Shown in pieces: positions 39,218 through 49,119 of a stretch of 49,119 nt of DNA (position 1 is its first letter; every line of letters begins with the position of its first letter). A program made the position numbers and the translations under genes. This DNA is from Coriobacteriia bacterium (GTDB taxonomy: Bacteria > Actinomycetota > Coriobacteriia > Anaerosomatales > PHET01). The notes under the pieces are model-generated. The model searched no databases, was not told the DNA's origin, and was given only the letters and a program-made list of their open reading frames with translations. The stretch lies in assembly GCA_038202795.1 (NCBI GenBank), contig JBBREQ010000002.1:1-49119 (forward strand). The letters are read 5' to 3'.

Positions 39218-39586
39218 CTAGAGCACTTCGGGCGCGAGCGAGACGATCTTCATGTACTTGCGGTCGCGAAGCTCGCGCGCCACAGGGCCGAAGATACGCG
39301 TTCCGCGCGGGTTGCCCGCTGCGTCGATGATGACGGCGGCATTGTCATCGAATCTGATGTAGCTGCCGTCAGCACGACGGACTTCCTTCTTGCAGCGAAC
39401 CACTACCGCACGCACGACGTCGCCCTTCTTGACCGCACCGTTGGGAATCGCTTCCTTGACGGCGCAGACGATGACATCGCCGACGTACGCATAGCGTCGC
39501 TTGGAACCGCCGAGAACCTTGATACACGCAACCTTGCGGGCACCTGAGTTGTCGGCGACCTTGAGCCGGGTTTCTGCCTGGATCAT
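39218..39586 (-). CDS. rplN: 50S ribosomal protein L14
   Basis: 122 aa: [28 protein letters not shown]... Confidence 0.97.
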   Translation of the reverse strand: MIQAETRLKVADNSGARKVACIKVLGGSKRRYAYVGDVIVCAVKEAIPNGAVKKGDVVRAVVVRCKKEVRRADGSYIRFDDNAAVIIDAAGNPRGTRIFGPVARELRDRKYMKIVSLAPEVL

Positions 39587-39660
39587 CTACAAACCCTCCA
39601 TTGACTTCCGGTCCGTGAGCGGTGCGCGGTCAATTGAGCGCACATCTTCGTCCGGCGAAC

Positions 39661-39921
39661 CTACTTGGCTTTCTCGACGATCTCAACAAGACGCCACCGC
39701 TTCAGCTTGGAAAGCGGGCGGGTCTCCATGACGACCACGGTGTCACCGACACCGCAGATGTTCTCCTCGTCGTGAGCATGCAACTTCTTGGACATGGTGA
39801 TCATCTTGCCGTAGAGCGCATGCTTCTTGCGCTCTTCGATTCTGACCACGCAGGTCTTGTCGCCGGCAGTGGAGACCACGATGCCCTGGCGGGACTTGCG
39901 ACGGTTACGATCGGTACTCAT
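39661..39921 (-). CDS. rpsQ: 30S ribosomal protein S17
   Basis: 86 aa: ...[29 protein letters not shown]... Confidence 0.95.
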   Translation of the reverse strand: MSTDRNRRKSRQGIVVSTAGDKTCVVRIEERKKHALYGKMITMSKKLHAHDEENICGVGDTVVVMETRPLSKLKRWRLVEIVEKAK

Positions 39922-39935
39922 ACCTTCTCCTCCAC

Positions 39936-40151
39936 CTACGACGCGGCCGCGTCACGCTGAGCGGCGATTGCGCGAGCGCGCAGCTCTGTGTGCAAACGCG
40001 CGATGTCCTTCTTGACCACAGCGATCGTCCCTGTGTTGTCCAGCTGCCCCGTCGCGAGACGGAACCTCAGGTTGAACAGTTCTGCGCGAGTGGCCTTCAG
40101 CTTGGCTGCGAGCTCAGTGTCATTGAGCTCGCGAATCTCGGTTGTCTTCAT
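39936..40151 (-). CDS. rpmC: 50S ribosomal protein L29
   Basis: 71 aa: [37 protein letters not shown]... Confidence 0.94.
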   Translation of the reverse strand: MKTTEIRELNDTELAAKLKATRAELFNLRFRLATGQLDNTGTIAVVKKDIARLHTELRARAIAAQRDAAAS

Positions 40152-40580
40152 CTACGCCTCCCCGCCGCTCTCGGCACGGGTCACGAACTTGCACCTGATA
40201 GGAAGCTTGTGTGCCGCGAGACGCATGGCCTCTTTGGCAACTTCCTCTGACACGCCGGCCACCTCGAACATCACGCGGCCGGGCTTCACTACCGCAACCC
40301 ACTTCTCGGGGTTGCCTTTGCCAGAACCCATGCGGGTTTCCGCAGGCTTCTGGGTAACCGGCTTGTCTGGAAAGATATTGATCCAGACCTTACCGCCACG
40401 CTTCATGTAACGAGTCATCGCGACACGAGCAGCTTCGATCTGTCGGTTGGTGATCCATGCCGGCTCGAGGGCCTTGAGGCCATACTCGCCGAAGTGAACC
40501 TGGGTACCGCCCTTGGCATTACCCTTCCAGTTGCTACCGCGCTGTACCTTGCGATGCTTCACGCGCTTGGGCAGCAGCAT
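40152..40580 (-). CDS. rplP: 50S ribosomal protein L16
   Basis: 142 aa: [15 protein letters not shown]...[19 protein letters not shown]... Confidence 0.97.
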   Translation of the reverse strand: MLLPKRVKHRKVQRGSNWKGNAKGGTQVHFGEYGLKALEPAWITNRQIEAARVAMTRYMKRGGKVWINIFPDKPVTQKPAETRMGSGKGNPEKWVAVVKPGRVMFEVAGVSEEVAKEAMRLAAHKLPIRCKFVTRAESGGEA

Positions 40581-41287
40581 TAGCGCCTCCCTTCATTGCG
40601 ACCCTCACGACGAGGACGCGGCGCGCGCGTACCCTCGATCGCAGGGTTGGGAGCCTGCTGTCCAGGCAGGACCTCACCGTGATAGACCCATACCTTGATA
40701 CCTATAGCACCCATAGTCGTGCGCGCTGTGGCTGTGCCGTAATCGATCTTGGCGCGCAGGGTATGGAGGGGCACACGACCCTCGCGATACCACTCACGAC
40801 GGCCCATCTCAGCGCCGCCCAGTCGGCCGGAGCACTGAACACGGATGCCCAGAGCGCCGCTCTTCATCGCGGACGCAACCGCCTTGCGCATAGCTCGGCG
40901 GAACGCCACACGACCCACGAGCTGTTCGCCCACAGACTGGGCGATGAGCGTGGCATCAAGCTCGGGACGCTTGATCTCGATGATATTGACCGAGACACTA
41001 CCGCCGGCGATCTTCTCGAGCTCCTTGCGAAGCACGTCGACCTCAGCGCCCTTCTTGCCGATGACGATGCCAGGACGAGCGGTCCAAAGCTCGATGGCGG
41101 TCTTGTCACCCTTGCGCTCGATCTCGATGCGCGATACAGCTGCGCGGCGAAGACGTGCTTCAAGGAAGCGGCGAATCTTGACGTCGTTCTCAAGCGTCTT
41201 GGCGTAGTCCTTACCGGCATACCAGCGGGAGCGCCAGTTCTCGGTGATGCCTAGACGCAGGCCGATCGGATAGACCTTCTGTCCCAT
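40580..41287 (-). CDS. rpsC: 30S ribosomal protein S3
   Basis: 235 aa: [24 protein letters not shown]...; KH domain. Confidence 0.97.
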   Translation of the reverse strand: MGQKVYPIGLRLGITENWRSRWYAGKDYAKTLENDVKIRRFLEARLRRAAVSRIEIERKGDKTAIELWTARPGIVIGKKGAEVDVLRKELEKIAGGSVSVNIIEIKRPELDATLIAQSVGEQLVGRVAFRRAMRKAVASAMKSGALGIRVQCSGRLGGAEMGRREWYREGRVPLHTLRAKIDYGTATARTTMGAIGIKVWVYHGEVLPGQQAPNPAIEGTRAPRPRREGRNEGRR

Positions 41288-41294
41288 ACGGCTC

Positions 41295-41636
41295 CTACGC
41301 CTCCTCTCGCGACGTGACGACCACGGTAATGTGGCTCGTGCGTTTGTTGATGCGGAATGCCCGGCCCATGGCTCGGGGCTGGATCCGCTTCAGGGTCGGG
41401 CCCTCGTCCACAAACGTGGCGCCAACTACCAGGTTGTCCGCGTTCAAATGCAGGTTGTGCTGCGCGTTGGCAACAGCGCTGTTGAGGGTCTTCTCGACGA
41501 TCTCTGCGGCCGCGCGGGGCGAGAACTTGAGGATGGTAAGTGCTTCATCGACGGACTTGCCGCGGATGAGGTCCACCACCAGGCGCGCCTTGCGTGGGCT
41601 CACACGCTGGTAACGTGCTACTGCTCTGGCTTCCAT
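41295..41636 (-). CDS. rplV: 50S ribosomal protein L22
   Basis: 113 aa: [33 protein letters not shown]... Confidence 0.96.
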   Translation of the reverse strand: MEARAVARYQRVSPRKARLVVDLIRGKSVDEALTILKFSPRAAAEIVEKTLNSAVANAQHNLHLNADNLVVGATFVDEGPTLKRIQPRAMGRAFRINKRTSHITVVVTSREEA

Positions 41637-41639
41637 CTC

Positions 41640-41915
41640 CTACCTCTTGCCCTTCTTGTCGGCGGCGTGCCCGCGGAAGGTCCGCGTCGGCGAGAACTCG
41701 CCGAGCTTGTGACCGACCATCGACTCGGTGCAATAGACCGGAACGTGCTTGCGGCCGTCATGCACTGCGATCGTATGCCCGACCATCTCGGGAAAGATGG
41801 TCGACGAGCGGGACCAGGTCTTGATGACCTTCTTCTCGTTAGCCTCGTTCATCGCGTGAATGCGCTCGAGGAGACGAGGCTGGACGAACGGACCTTTCTT
41901 CAAGCTTCTGCTCAT
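41640..41915 (-). CDS. rpsS: 30S ribosomal protein S19
   Basis: 91 aa: [19 protein letters not shown]...[10 protein letters not shown]...[15 protein letters not shown]. Confidence 0.97.
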   Translation of the reverse strand: MSRSLKKGPFVQPRLLERIHAMNEANEKKVIKTWSRSSTIFPEMVGHTIAVHDGRKHVPVYCTESMVGHKLGEFSPTRTFRGHAADKKGKR

Positions 41916-41936
41916 CTGCTACTGACCTCCTTTTCG

Positions 41937-42767
41937 CTACTTCTTGCGACGACGGATGATGAGACGGCTGGATGCCTTCTTCTTGCTGCGGGTGCGATGG
42001 CCCTTGGTAGGAACGCCCCACGGGGTGACCGGGTGGCGACCTGCCGACTTGTTCTTGCCCTCGCCACCACCATGCGGGTGATCGACCGGGTTCATGGCTG
42101 TACCACGTACCGTCGGCCGCTTGCCGGCCCAACGATTGCGACCCGCCTTACCGATGCTGATGTTGCTGTGGTCCGAGTTGCCAACCTCGCCGATGGTCGC
42201 TCGGCACGTGATCAGCACACGACGCATCTCGGAACTCGGCATGCGCAGGATTGCGTAGCCGCTTTCCTTGCCCATGAGCTGGATGGACGTGCCGGCCGAA
42301 CGAGCCAACGCGGCGCCCCTACCAGGCTGCAGCTCAACTGCGTGAACCACCGTACCCACAGGGATGTCCGAAAGCGGCAGGGAGTTGCCCGGCTTGATAT
42401 CGGCGCCAGAACCGTTGACGACGGTGTCGCCAACCTTGAGGCCCTTGGGGCACAGGATGTAGCGCTTCTCACCGTCGGCGTAGTGCAGCAACGCAATACG
42501 TGCCGACCGGTTCGGGTCATATTCGATTGTCGCGACCTTCGCGGGAACCACGTCCTTGTTCCGCTTGAAGTCGATCACACGATACTGGCGCTTGTGGCCA
42601 CCACCCTGGTGACGCGTCGTGATGCGCCCGTTGTTGTTGCGACCACCCTTCTTGGGCAGCGGCTCAACCAGTGACTTCTCGGGCGTGCTCCGCGTGATCT
42701 CGGCAAAGTCCGAGACCGACTGGAAGCGACGCCCAGGCGAAGTCGGCTTGTACTTCTTGAGTCCCAT
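41937..42767 (-). CDS. rplB: 50S ribosomal protein L2
   Basis: 276 aa: [15 protein letters not shown]...GGGHKRQYR...HPHGGGEG. Confidence 0.97.
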   Translation of the reverse strand: MGLKKYKPTSPGRRFQSVSDFAEITRSTPEKSLVEPLPKKGGRNNNGRITTRHQGGGHKRQYRVIDFKRNKDVVPAKVATIEYDPNRSARIALLHYADGEKRYILCPKGLKVGDTVVNGSGADIKPGNSLPLSDIPVGTVVHAVELQPGRGAALARSAGTSIQLMGKESGYAILRMPSSEMRRVLITCRATIGEVGNSDHSNISIGKAGRNRWAGKRPTVRGTAMNPVDHPHGGGEGKNKSAGRHPVTPWGVPTKGHRTRSKKKASSRLIIRRRKK

Positions 42768-42900
42768 CTCAACTCCTTCCGTCCGATCGCCCGCGCCGTC
42801 TGGGACAAACGCGACGCTGACTCCGGACTACCACGGTGCCGGGCGGCTCCATATGTGGAAGGAACCCAGCACCCTCACGGCCCTCATTGGGCCAACGAAC

Positions 42901-43188
42901 CTACATCGTCGGGAAGATATCGAGCTTGTCGCCCGCCTTGAGCTTCACAACAGCTTTCTTCCAATCGCGCGTCTTGCCCTTCGCTTGGCGCACACGACGC
43001 GGCTTGCCGGTGACATTCATAGTGTTCACGTCAGTGACGGTCACATCAAAGATGTCGGAAATCGCCTGGGCGATCTGGGTCTTGTTTGAGCTCTTGGCGA
43101 CCTCGAACGTGTAACGGTTCTGCTCGATCATCGAGTAGGACTTCTCCGAGATGATCGGACGGATGATGATATCGCGAGGATCGTACAT
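42901..43188 (-). CDS. rplW: 50S ribosomal protein L23
   Basis: 95 aa: MYDPRDIIIRPIISEKSY...YTFEVAKSSNKTQI... Confidence 0.95.
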   Translation of the reverse strand: MYDPRDIIIRPIISEKSYSMIEQNRYTFEVAKSSNKTQIAQAISDIFDVTVTDVNTMNVTGKPRRVRQAKGKTRDWKKAVVKLKAGDKLDIFPTM

Positions 43189-43811
43189 TAGGACAGCACC
43201 CCCTCGAGCCAGGTCAGGGCCGGCTTCGTGAAGAGCACGGCGGTGTTGTCAACGAGATCGTACGTGTTCGCCTCTGATGCCGTGATCACACGTACTCGCG
43301 GCAGGTTTCTGAAGGACAGCATCGCGTTGATGTCGTCGTTCTCCACGACGATGGTGACGCGGCCCGTGATCCCAAGAGTCTTGAGAGTCGCGGCGGCCGA
43401 CTTGGTCGCGGGCCTGTCAAACGAGAACCCATCGACCACAACGAGCGCCTCATCAGCAAGCTTGGCCGACAGCGCAGAACGCATGGCGAGCTTCACGACT
43501 TTGTTCGGAACCTTGAATGCGTAGCTGCGCGGGTGCGGACCGAATACGGCTCCGCCGCCCTTCCACTGCGGTGCACGCGTCGTACCCTGGCGGGCACGGC
43601 CGGTGCCCTTCTGGCGCCATGGCTTCTTGCCGCCGCCCGATACCATTCCGCGGGTCTTGCTACCGTGGGTTCCCGAGCGGCGCGCAGCCATCTGGCTACG
43701 CACTACCTGGTGTACCACGAAGGTGTTCGGCTCGATGCCGAAGACGTCGTCGGCAAGCTCGGCGGTGCCGACCTTCTTGCCTTGTCCGTCCTTGATCTCG
43801 ATGCTTGCCAT
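43188..43811 (-). CDS. rplD: 50S ribosomal protein L4
   Basis: 207 aa: ...GSKTRGMVSGGGKKPWRQKGTGRARQGTTRAPQWKGGG.VFGP.PR.Y. Confidence 0.96.
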   Translation of the reverse strand: MASIEIKDGQGKKVGTAELADDVFGIEPNTFVVHQVVRSQMAARRSGTHGSKTRGMVSGGGKKPWRQKGTGRARQGTTRAPQWKGGGAVFGPHPRSYAFKVPNKVVKLAMRSALSAKLADEALVVVDGFSFDRPATKSAAATLKTLGITGRVTIVVENDDINAMLSFRNLPRVRVITASEANTYDLVDNTAVLFTKPALTWLEGVLS

Positions 43812-43849
43812 CTTCTCTACTCCCTAAAGGTTGTCACCGGCGAAGCGCA

Positions 43850-44470
43850 CTACGCCATACGAATGGTCAGCAGCGCACCTTTGCCACCGGGCACAGCGCC
43901 CTTGACGATCAGCAGGTTCTGCTCGGAATCGATCTTCACCACGTCGAGGTTGCGAACTGTGACAACCTCAGAGCCCATATGGCCCGGCATCTTCTTGCCC
44001 TTGAAGACGCGCGAAGGAGTCGCGCACTGTCCAACCGACCCGGGGACACGGTGCGAATGCGAACCGTGGCCACCGGGACCGCCCTTGAAGTTGTGACGCT
44101 TCATGACGCCGGCGAAGCCCTTGCCCTTGCTTACTCCCGTGACGTGCACGGACTTGGCTTCGGCAAACGCGTCGACAGAGATCGTCGAACCTACTTTGAA
44201 GCTGTCGTCCTCTCCCACCCGAACCTCGGTGAGATAGCGCTTCGGCTCGACACGGGCTTTATCGAAGTGGCCCTTCATCGGCTTGTTGACCTTGCGCTCG
44301 GCGATGTCGCCGAACCCGATCTGGATGGCACGATAGCCATCGGTCTTGTCCGTCTTGACCTGGGTCACGACGCACGGTCCCGCTTCGATGACGGTGACCG
44401 GAAGGAGACGATCGTCCTCGCTCCACACCTGCGTCATCCCCAGCTTGCGGCCAAGGATAGTGGTTACCAT
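43850..44470 (-). CDS. rplC: 50S ribosomal protein L3
   Basis: 206 aa: ...ILGRKLGMTQVW...VTGVSKGKGFAGVMKRHNFKGGPGGHGS... Confidence 0.97.
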   Translation of the reverse strand: MVTTILGRKLGMTQVWSEDDRLLPVTVIEAGPCVVTQVKTDKTDGYRAIQIGFGDIAERKVNKPMKGHFDKARVEPKRYLTEVRVGEDDSFKVGSTISVDAFAEAKSVHVTGVSKGKGFAGVMKRHNFKGGPGGHGSHSHRVPGSVGQCATPSRVFKGKKMPGHMGSEVVTVRNLDVVKIDSEQNLLIVKGAVPGGKGALLTIRMA

Positions 44471-44589
44471 TCGTCCGTCCTTACCTCAGGCGGTCGTGGG
44501 ACTCTTCGGGCGCCCGATGGCACCGTCCCCAGAGGACCGCAGTTTCACGCTGCTCCGCTCGTGAGCGCAGACCAGCGACTATACCAGAG

Positions 44590-44898
44590 TCAGAGCTTGA
44601 TTTCGATATCAACACCGGCCGGAAGATCCAGCCTCATCAGCGAATCGACCGTCTTAGCGGTGGGCTCCAGAATATCGATCAGACGCTTGTGAGTCCGCAT
44701 CTCGAACTGCTCGCGGCTGTCCTTGTTGACGTGCGGCGAGCGAATCACGCAGTAGAGGCTGCGATCCGTAGGCAGCGGGATAGGACCGCACACCTTTGCG
44801 CCGGTCTTCTGCGCCGTGTCCACGATCAACTTGGTCGACTGATCGACAATCTCGTGATCGTAGCCCTTGAGGCGGATTCTGATCTTCTGGTTCGCCAA
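44590..44898 (-). CDS. rpsJ: 30S ribosomal protein S10
   Basis: 102 aa from the TTG at 44898 ([21 protein letters not shown]...), with GGAGGG 8 nt upstream. The track start (GTG at 44907) lacks proper RBS spacing. Confidence 0.95.
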   Translation of the reverse strand: MANQKIRIRLKGYDHEIVDQSTKLIVDTAQKTGAKVCGPIPLPTDRSLYCVIRSPHVNKDSREQFEMRTHKRLIDILEPTAKTVDSLMRLDLPAGVDIEIKL

Positions 44899-44961
44899 CT
44901 CTTTCACCCTCCGTCATCCGGGACCAGGCCTTATCGCCTAGGCACACCGGCCGTTGATGTC

Positions 44962-47049
44962 CTAGGCGTTGCCGCCGACCTTGCTGACAATCTCCTCGGC
45001 TACCGACTTCGGCACCTGTTCGTACGCTTTGAACTGCATGCTGTAGACTGCGCGACCCTGCGTCTTGCTCCGCAAGTCGGTCGAGTACCCGAACATCTCG
45101 GACAGCGGCACCTTCGCGCGAATGACCTGCGCGTTGCCGCGCGGCTCCATCTTGTCGATGTGACCGCGGCGTCGGTTGAGGTCGCCGATGACATCACCCA
45201 TGAAGTCCTCGGGAGTAACGACCTCGACATCCATCATCGGCTCGAGAAGAACCGGCGAGGATTTGCGGAGCCCCTCCTTGATCGCCATCGAGCCGGCGAT
45301 CTTGAAGGCCATCTCAGACGAGTCGACTTCGTGATACGAACCATCGACAAGCTCGACTTTGACGTCGACCACCGGGAACCCGGCGAGTACGCCGGACGTG
45401 ATGGCCTCCTGAATCCCCTTGTCAACCGAAGGTACGTACTCCTTGGGTATCGACCCGCCGACGATCTTGCTCTTGAACTCGTAGCCGGCACCCGGCTCCT
45501 GTGGGATGACATTGATGACCACGTGGCCGTACTGGCCGCGACCGCCGGACTGGCGGGCGAACTTCATATCGACGTTGTTGACTGTCTTGCCGGCTGTCTC
45601 ACGATAAGCGACTTGCGGCTTGCCTACGTTCGCCTCCACCTTGAACTCGCGGAGCAGTCTATCGACGATGACCTCGAGGTGGAGCTCGCCCATGCCGGCG
45701 ATGATGGTCTGGCCGGTCTCGGTGTCGGTGCGAACCCGGAACGTCGGGTCCTCCTCGGCGAGCTTGGCGAGACCATGGCCCAGCTTGTCCTGCTCGGCCT
45801 TGGTCTTTGGCTCGATTGCGATGTCGATGACCGGATCAGGGAAGACCATCGACTCAAGGAGCACCGGCGCGTCCTCAGAGCACAGTGTGTCACCGGTCGT
45901 GGTGTTCTTGAGGCCGACCGCAGCGACGATGTCGCCGGCAATCGCGATGTCGATGTCCTCGCGGTGATTCGCGTGCATCTGCAACAGACGCCCGATGCGC
46001 TCCTTGTGACCCTTTGTGCTGTTGAGCACGTAGGACCCGGAGTTCAACGAACCCGAATACACGCGGAAGTAGGTCAGCTTGCCCACGAACGGATCGGTCA
46101 TGACCTTGAACGCAAGTGCCGCGAACGGCGCCTTGGGGTCGGCGGGACGCTCGACCTGCTCGTCCGTTTTGAGGTCGATACCCTTGATCGCGGCGATGTC
46201 GAGCGGAGAAGGCAGGAAGTCTATGACCGCGTCGAGCAGGGGCTGTACACCCTTGTTCTTGAAGGAGGCACCGCAGACGACCGGAATACACACATTGGCG
46301 ATGCAGGACTTCCGCAGTCCGGCCTTGATCTCGTCGATCGTCAGTGCCTCATCCTCAAGGAACTTCATCATGAGTCCGTCATCGAGTTCCGATGCGGCTT
46401 CAATCATCTCGTGTCGATACATCTCGGCATCGTCTTTGAGCGCGTCGGGAATCTCGCCGATCGTGGGATTGATGCCGTTGTCGTCCTCATTGAAGAAGAC
46501 CGCGTTCATCTCCAAGAGATCGACGAGGCCAATGAACTTGTCCTCCGCGCCGATAGGCAGCTGGATGGGCACGGCTCGAGCATTGAGCCGGTCCTTCATC
46601 ATCTGCAGGACGTTGTAGAAGTCCGCACCCGAGCGATCCATCTTGTTGATGTACGCCATTCGCGGAACGCCGTACGTGTCCGCCTGACGCCAGACGGTCT
46701 CGGACTGCGGCTCCACGCCTCCGACGGCGCAGAACACCGCGCACGCACCGTCAAGCACGCGCAGGGAGCGCTCGACCTCGACGGTGAAGTCCACGTGTCC
46801 GGGCGTATCGATAATCTGGATACGGTGGTCCTTCCAAAACGACGTCGTCGCAGCAGACGTGATAGTGATGCCGCGCTCCTGCTCCTGGACCATCCAGTCC
46901 ATGGTCGCAGCGCCGTCGTGGACCTCGCCGATCTTATGAGTCTTGCCGGTGTAGAAGAGGATGCGCTCGGTCGTCGTCGTCTTGCCGGCGTCGATGTGCG
47001 CCATGATTCCGATGTTACGCGTCTTCTCCAGGGGATACTGCTTGGCCAT
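44962..47049 (-). CDS. fusA: Elongation factor G
   Basis: 695 aa: ...[20 protein letters not shown]...DTPGHVDF...; five-domain length. Confidence 0.98.
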   Translation of the reverse strand: MAKQYPLEKTRNIGIMAHIDAGKTTTTERILFYTGKTHKIGEVHDGAATMDWMVQEQERGITITSAATTSFWKDHRIQIIDTPGHVDFTVEVERSLRVLDGACAVFCAVGGVEPQSETVWRQADTYGVPRMAYINKMDRSGADFYNVLQMMKDRLNARAVPIQLPIGAEDKFIGLVDLLEMNAVFFNEDDNGINPTIGEIPDALKDDAEMYRHEMIEAASELDDGLMMKFLEDEALTIDEIKAGLRKSCIANVCIPVVCGASFKNKGVQPLLDAVIDFLPSPLDIAAIKGIDLKTDEQVERPADPKAPFAALAFKVMTDPFVGKLTYFRVYSGSLNSGSYVLNSTKGHKERIGRLLQMHANHREDIDIAIAGDIVAAVGLKNTTTGDTLCSEDAPVLLESMVFPDPVIDIAIEPKTKAEQDKLGHGLAKLAEEDPTFRVRTDTETGQTIIAGMGELHLEVIVDRLLREFKVEANVGKPQVAYRETAGKTVNNVDMKFARQSGGRGQYGHVVINVIPQEPGAGYEFKSKIVGGSIPKEYVPSVDKGIQEAITSGVLAGFPVVDVKVELVDGSYHEVDSSEMAFKIAGSMAIKEGLRKSSPVLLEPMMDVEVVTPEDFMGDVIGDLNRRRGHIDKMEPRGNAQVIRAKVPLSEMFGYSTDLRSKTQGRAVYSMQFKAYEQVPKSVAEEIVSKVGGNA

Positions 47050-47091
47050 CTCTGTTCTCAGACCTCTGTCTCTTGTCGGTACCGGCCGGAA

Positions 47092-47562
47092 CTACCAGCG
47101 GTAGTGCGAGAATGCACGGTTGGACTCGGCCATCTTGAACAGGTCCTCGCGCTTCTTGACCGAGGAGCCTGTGCCGTTGGCGGCATCCATGATCTCGCCG
47201 GCGAGGCGCTCGGCCATGGTCTTCTCGCGACGCTTGCGCGAGAAACCAACAATCCAGCGAATTGCCAGCGTGGTCGAACGGCGGGAGTTGACCTCGATCG
47301 GCACCTGGTAGGTGGCGCCGCCGACGCGCTTGGGCCGCACCTCGAGGGTGGGGCGCACGTTGTCCATAGCCTTCTTGAACACCGAGAGCGGATCCGTGGC
47401 GGTCTTGACCTCAATCTGGTCAAAGGCACCATAGACGATGCGCTCCGCCGTGGACTTCTTGCCGTCGAGCAGCACCTTGTTGGTGAGCTGCGTGACGAGT
47501 CTGTTGTTATAGATGGCGTCCGGCGCTACTTCACGACGGACAGCTGCTGCGCGCCTGGGCAT
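47092..47562 (-). CDS. rpsG: 30S ribosomal protein S7
   Basis: 156 aa: [42 protein letters not shown]... Confidence 0.97.
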   Translation of the reverse strand: MPRRAAAVRREVAPDAIYNNRLVTQLTNKVLLDGKKSTAERIVYGAFDQIEVKTATDPLSVFKKAMDNVRPTLEVRPKRVGGATYQVPIEVNSRRSTTLAIRWIVGFSRKRREKTMAERLAGEIMDAANGTGSSVKKREDLFKMAESNRAFSHYRW

Positions 47563-47583
47563 ATCTTGTCTCCTCTGTTCCTG

Positions 47584-47670
47584 TTCACCTAAGCCGCATC
47601 AGCTGCGGCGTTCCGCGCCGTCTGCTGGATGCGGCGCGCGCGAATCGAGCTACGCGCTTCGCGCGTGTCT
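47584..47670 (-). promoter_or_regulatory. Two tandem GC-rich stem-loops filling the rpsL-rpsG intercistronic spacer (candidate S7 autoregulatory site)
   Basis: Hairpin A at 47626-47670: 6+6+6 bp with a small bulge and an internal loop. Hairpin B at 47584-47624: CCGCAUC(C)AGC...GCUGAUGCGG with an inner CGGCG/CGCCG stem. Both read directly from the sequence. The function is by analogy to the E. coli str mRNA. Confidence 0.4.
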
Positions 47671-47679
47671 CGATGCGCG

Positions 47680-48051
<372 letters not shown>

Positions 48052-48140
48052 CGATCTACTCCTTCTTCCGTCATAGCTACCAGCCCGAATATGCGCGTGC
48101 GCCTACCCGAGCATGAAGTCACAAGGTCGCACTCTAGCAA

Positions 48141-48169
48141 TCGCGGCGACCTATGTCAAACGCCACGCA
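48141..48169 (-). promoter_or_regulatory. Near-consensus promoter of the str operon (TTGACA-N17-TAGAGT)
   Basis: Minus strand: TTGACA (48169-48164), 17-nt spacer, TAGAGT (48146-48141), about 90 nt upstream of rpsL. Confidence 0.6.
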
Positions 48170-48217
48170 CCCGGGCGTATCTACCCCTCCCGGCCAGTGC
48201 CCCTACCTACCCAGGCA

Positions 48218-48250
48218 CGGCACCCCGCCTGGGACTCAGGCGGGGTGCCG
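48218..48250 (-). terminator. Stem-loop terminator after rpoC
   Basis: Perfect 12-bp inverted repeat CGGCACCCCGCC / GGCGGGGTGCCG with a 9-nt loop, 18 nt after the rpoC stop. No clear U-tract. Confidence 0.6.
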
Positions 48251-48267
48251 GTAGATCCATCTAGGAG

Positions 48268-49119
48268 CTACGCCATCACGTTGATGTCGTGAGCACCCAG
48301 TCCCGCGCGAACCTCTTCGACTGCCTTCTGCCCGATACCAGGCAATGCCAGCAGCTGATCCTCGGTACGGCCCTTAAGGTCTGCCACGGTCGCGACTCCG
48401 GCCTCGGCAAACTTGTTGACCCAGCGAGCGGACACACCGATGTCGGTGAGTGTCACCGTTTCCAGATCGCCCGACAAAGCGACGGTCTCAGACGGCGCTG
48501 CATCCAGCACCTCGACCTCCACCGCCTCGTCAAAGGCACCCAGCAGCGGCTCAGCGTTCGGATCGAAGGTCATGTTCGCGAATGCGGAGACGTCGATGTC
48601 GGCCGCGTCGTCCAAGTCGAAGTCCCCGAACACGTTCTCGAGGTCGGCCTCGGACAGCGCTCCCGGCTCCGGACGCACGGGCAGCAGCGCCTCGATCTCC
48701 TTGAGTTCCTCAGGTGCCCAGTCAGGCAGAGGCCCTTCGACCGATGCTTCGGACTCGATGCTCTGGCCGCGATAGCTCAGCTTCACATCACGATAGCGCC
48801 GCATGCCGGTCGCTGCTGGGATGAGCTTACCGATGATGACGTTCTCTTTGAGGCCCAGCAGCTCGTCTTCCTTGCCGGCAATAGCGGCGTCGGTGAGCAC
48901 GCGCGTGGTCTCCTGGAACGAAGCCGCCGCCAGCCAGCTATCGGTGGACAAACTGGCGCGGGTAATTCCCATCAGCACCGTTTGTGCCGTGGCCGGCTCG
49001 CCGCCTTCGGCGAGCACCCGCGCATTGGCTTCCTCAAAGCGGTAGCGGTCAGTCAGTTCACGCGGCACAAAATCCGAATCTCCGGCAGACTCAATGCGCA
49101 CCTTGCTTAACATCTGGCG
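48268..49119 (-). CDS. rpoC: DNA-directed RNA polymerase subunit beta-prime, 3' part (partial; continues beyond right edge), with ~165-aa C-terminal extension
   Basis: The frame is open to position 49119: ...[22 protein letters not shown]...[36 protein letters not shown]. After that come an acidic linker and an HhH module. Confidence 0.96.
   Translation of the reverse strand, partial: RQMLSKVRIESAGDSDFVPRELTDRYRFEEANARVLAEGGEPATAQTVLMGITRASLSTDSWLAAASFQETTRVLTDAAIAGKEDELLGLKENVIIGKLIPAATGMRRYRDVKLSYRGQSIESEASVEGPLPDWAPEELKEIEALLPVRPEPGALSEADLENVFGDFDLDDAADIDVSAFANMTFDPNAEPLLGAFDEAVEVEVLDAAPSETVALSGDLETVTLTDIGVSARWVNKFAEAGVATVADLKGRTEDQLLALPGIGQKAVEEVRAGLGAHDINVMA

Noticed and set aside
41331-42674. 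447-aa plus-strand ORF
   Set aside because: Antisense to rplV, rpsS and rplB. It is a shadow ORF.
42768-42900. 19-codon ORF (MRAVRVLGSFHIWSRPAPW) in the L23-L2 spacer
   Set aside because: It has no RBS, is very short, and overlaps the predicted hairpins. It is more likely non-coding structured RNA.
44689-47592. 967-aa plus-strand ORF, the longest in the window
   Set aside because: It lies entirely antisense to fusA and rpsG, whose products are unmistakable. The translation is Arg/Leu/Asp/His-rich low-complexity sequence, typical of shadow ORFs in GC-rich DNA.

Overview
This is a GC-rich window of core housekeeping genes, almost all on the minus strand. The organism looks like a high-GC Gram-positive bacterium (Actinomycetota, possibly Coriobacteriia); that is inference from gene content and synteny only.

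Minus strand, read right to left:
- 3' end of rpoC
- str operon rpsL-rpsG-fusA, with no tuf
- contiguous S10, spc and alpha ribosomal-protein operons: rpsJ to rplQ, including secY-adk-map-infA-rpmJ and rpoA
- ECF-transporter energizing module ecfA1-ecfA2-ecfT
- truA and rplM-rpsI
- glmM
- one long plus-strand GT4 glycosyltransferase
- glmS, preceded by a clear glmS ribozyme
- acpS-nnr-alr
- a nine-gene V/A-type ATPase operon
- one small plus-strand orphan ORF
- a stop/start-overlapping chain: nitroreductase-udg-tsaE-tsaB-rimI::tsaD
- groES-groEL with a CIRCE operator

I saw no tRNA or rRNA genes, CRISPR arrays, IS elements, integrases or recognisable defence genes. I do not find a convincing new multi-gene system here.

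Best leads:
1. An alpha-CTD-like helix-hairpin-helix module fused to the C-terminus of RpoC.
2. The glmS ribozyme, which the ORF track overprints with a false N-terminal extension.
3. The V/A-ATPase block, inserted into an otherwise Mycobacterium-like alr-tsaEBD-groESL synteny.
4. A GT4 glycosyltransferase with an unassigned C-terminal domain, wedged between glmS and glmM.
5. The rimI::tsaD fusion.
6. A G9 tract in a promoter spacer at the left edge.

All calls come from reading the translations and sequence by eye. No database search or covariance model was run.
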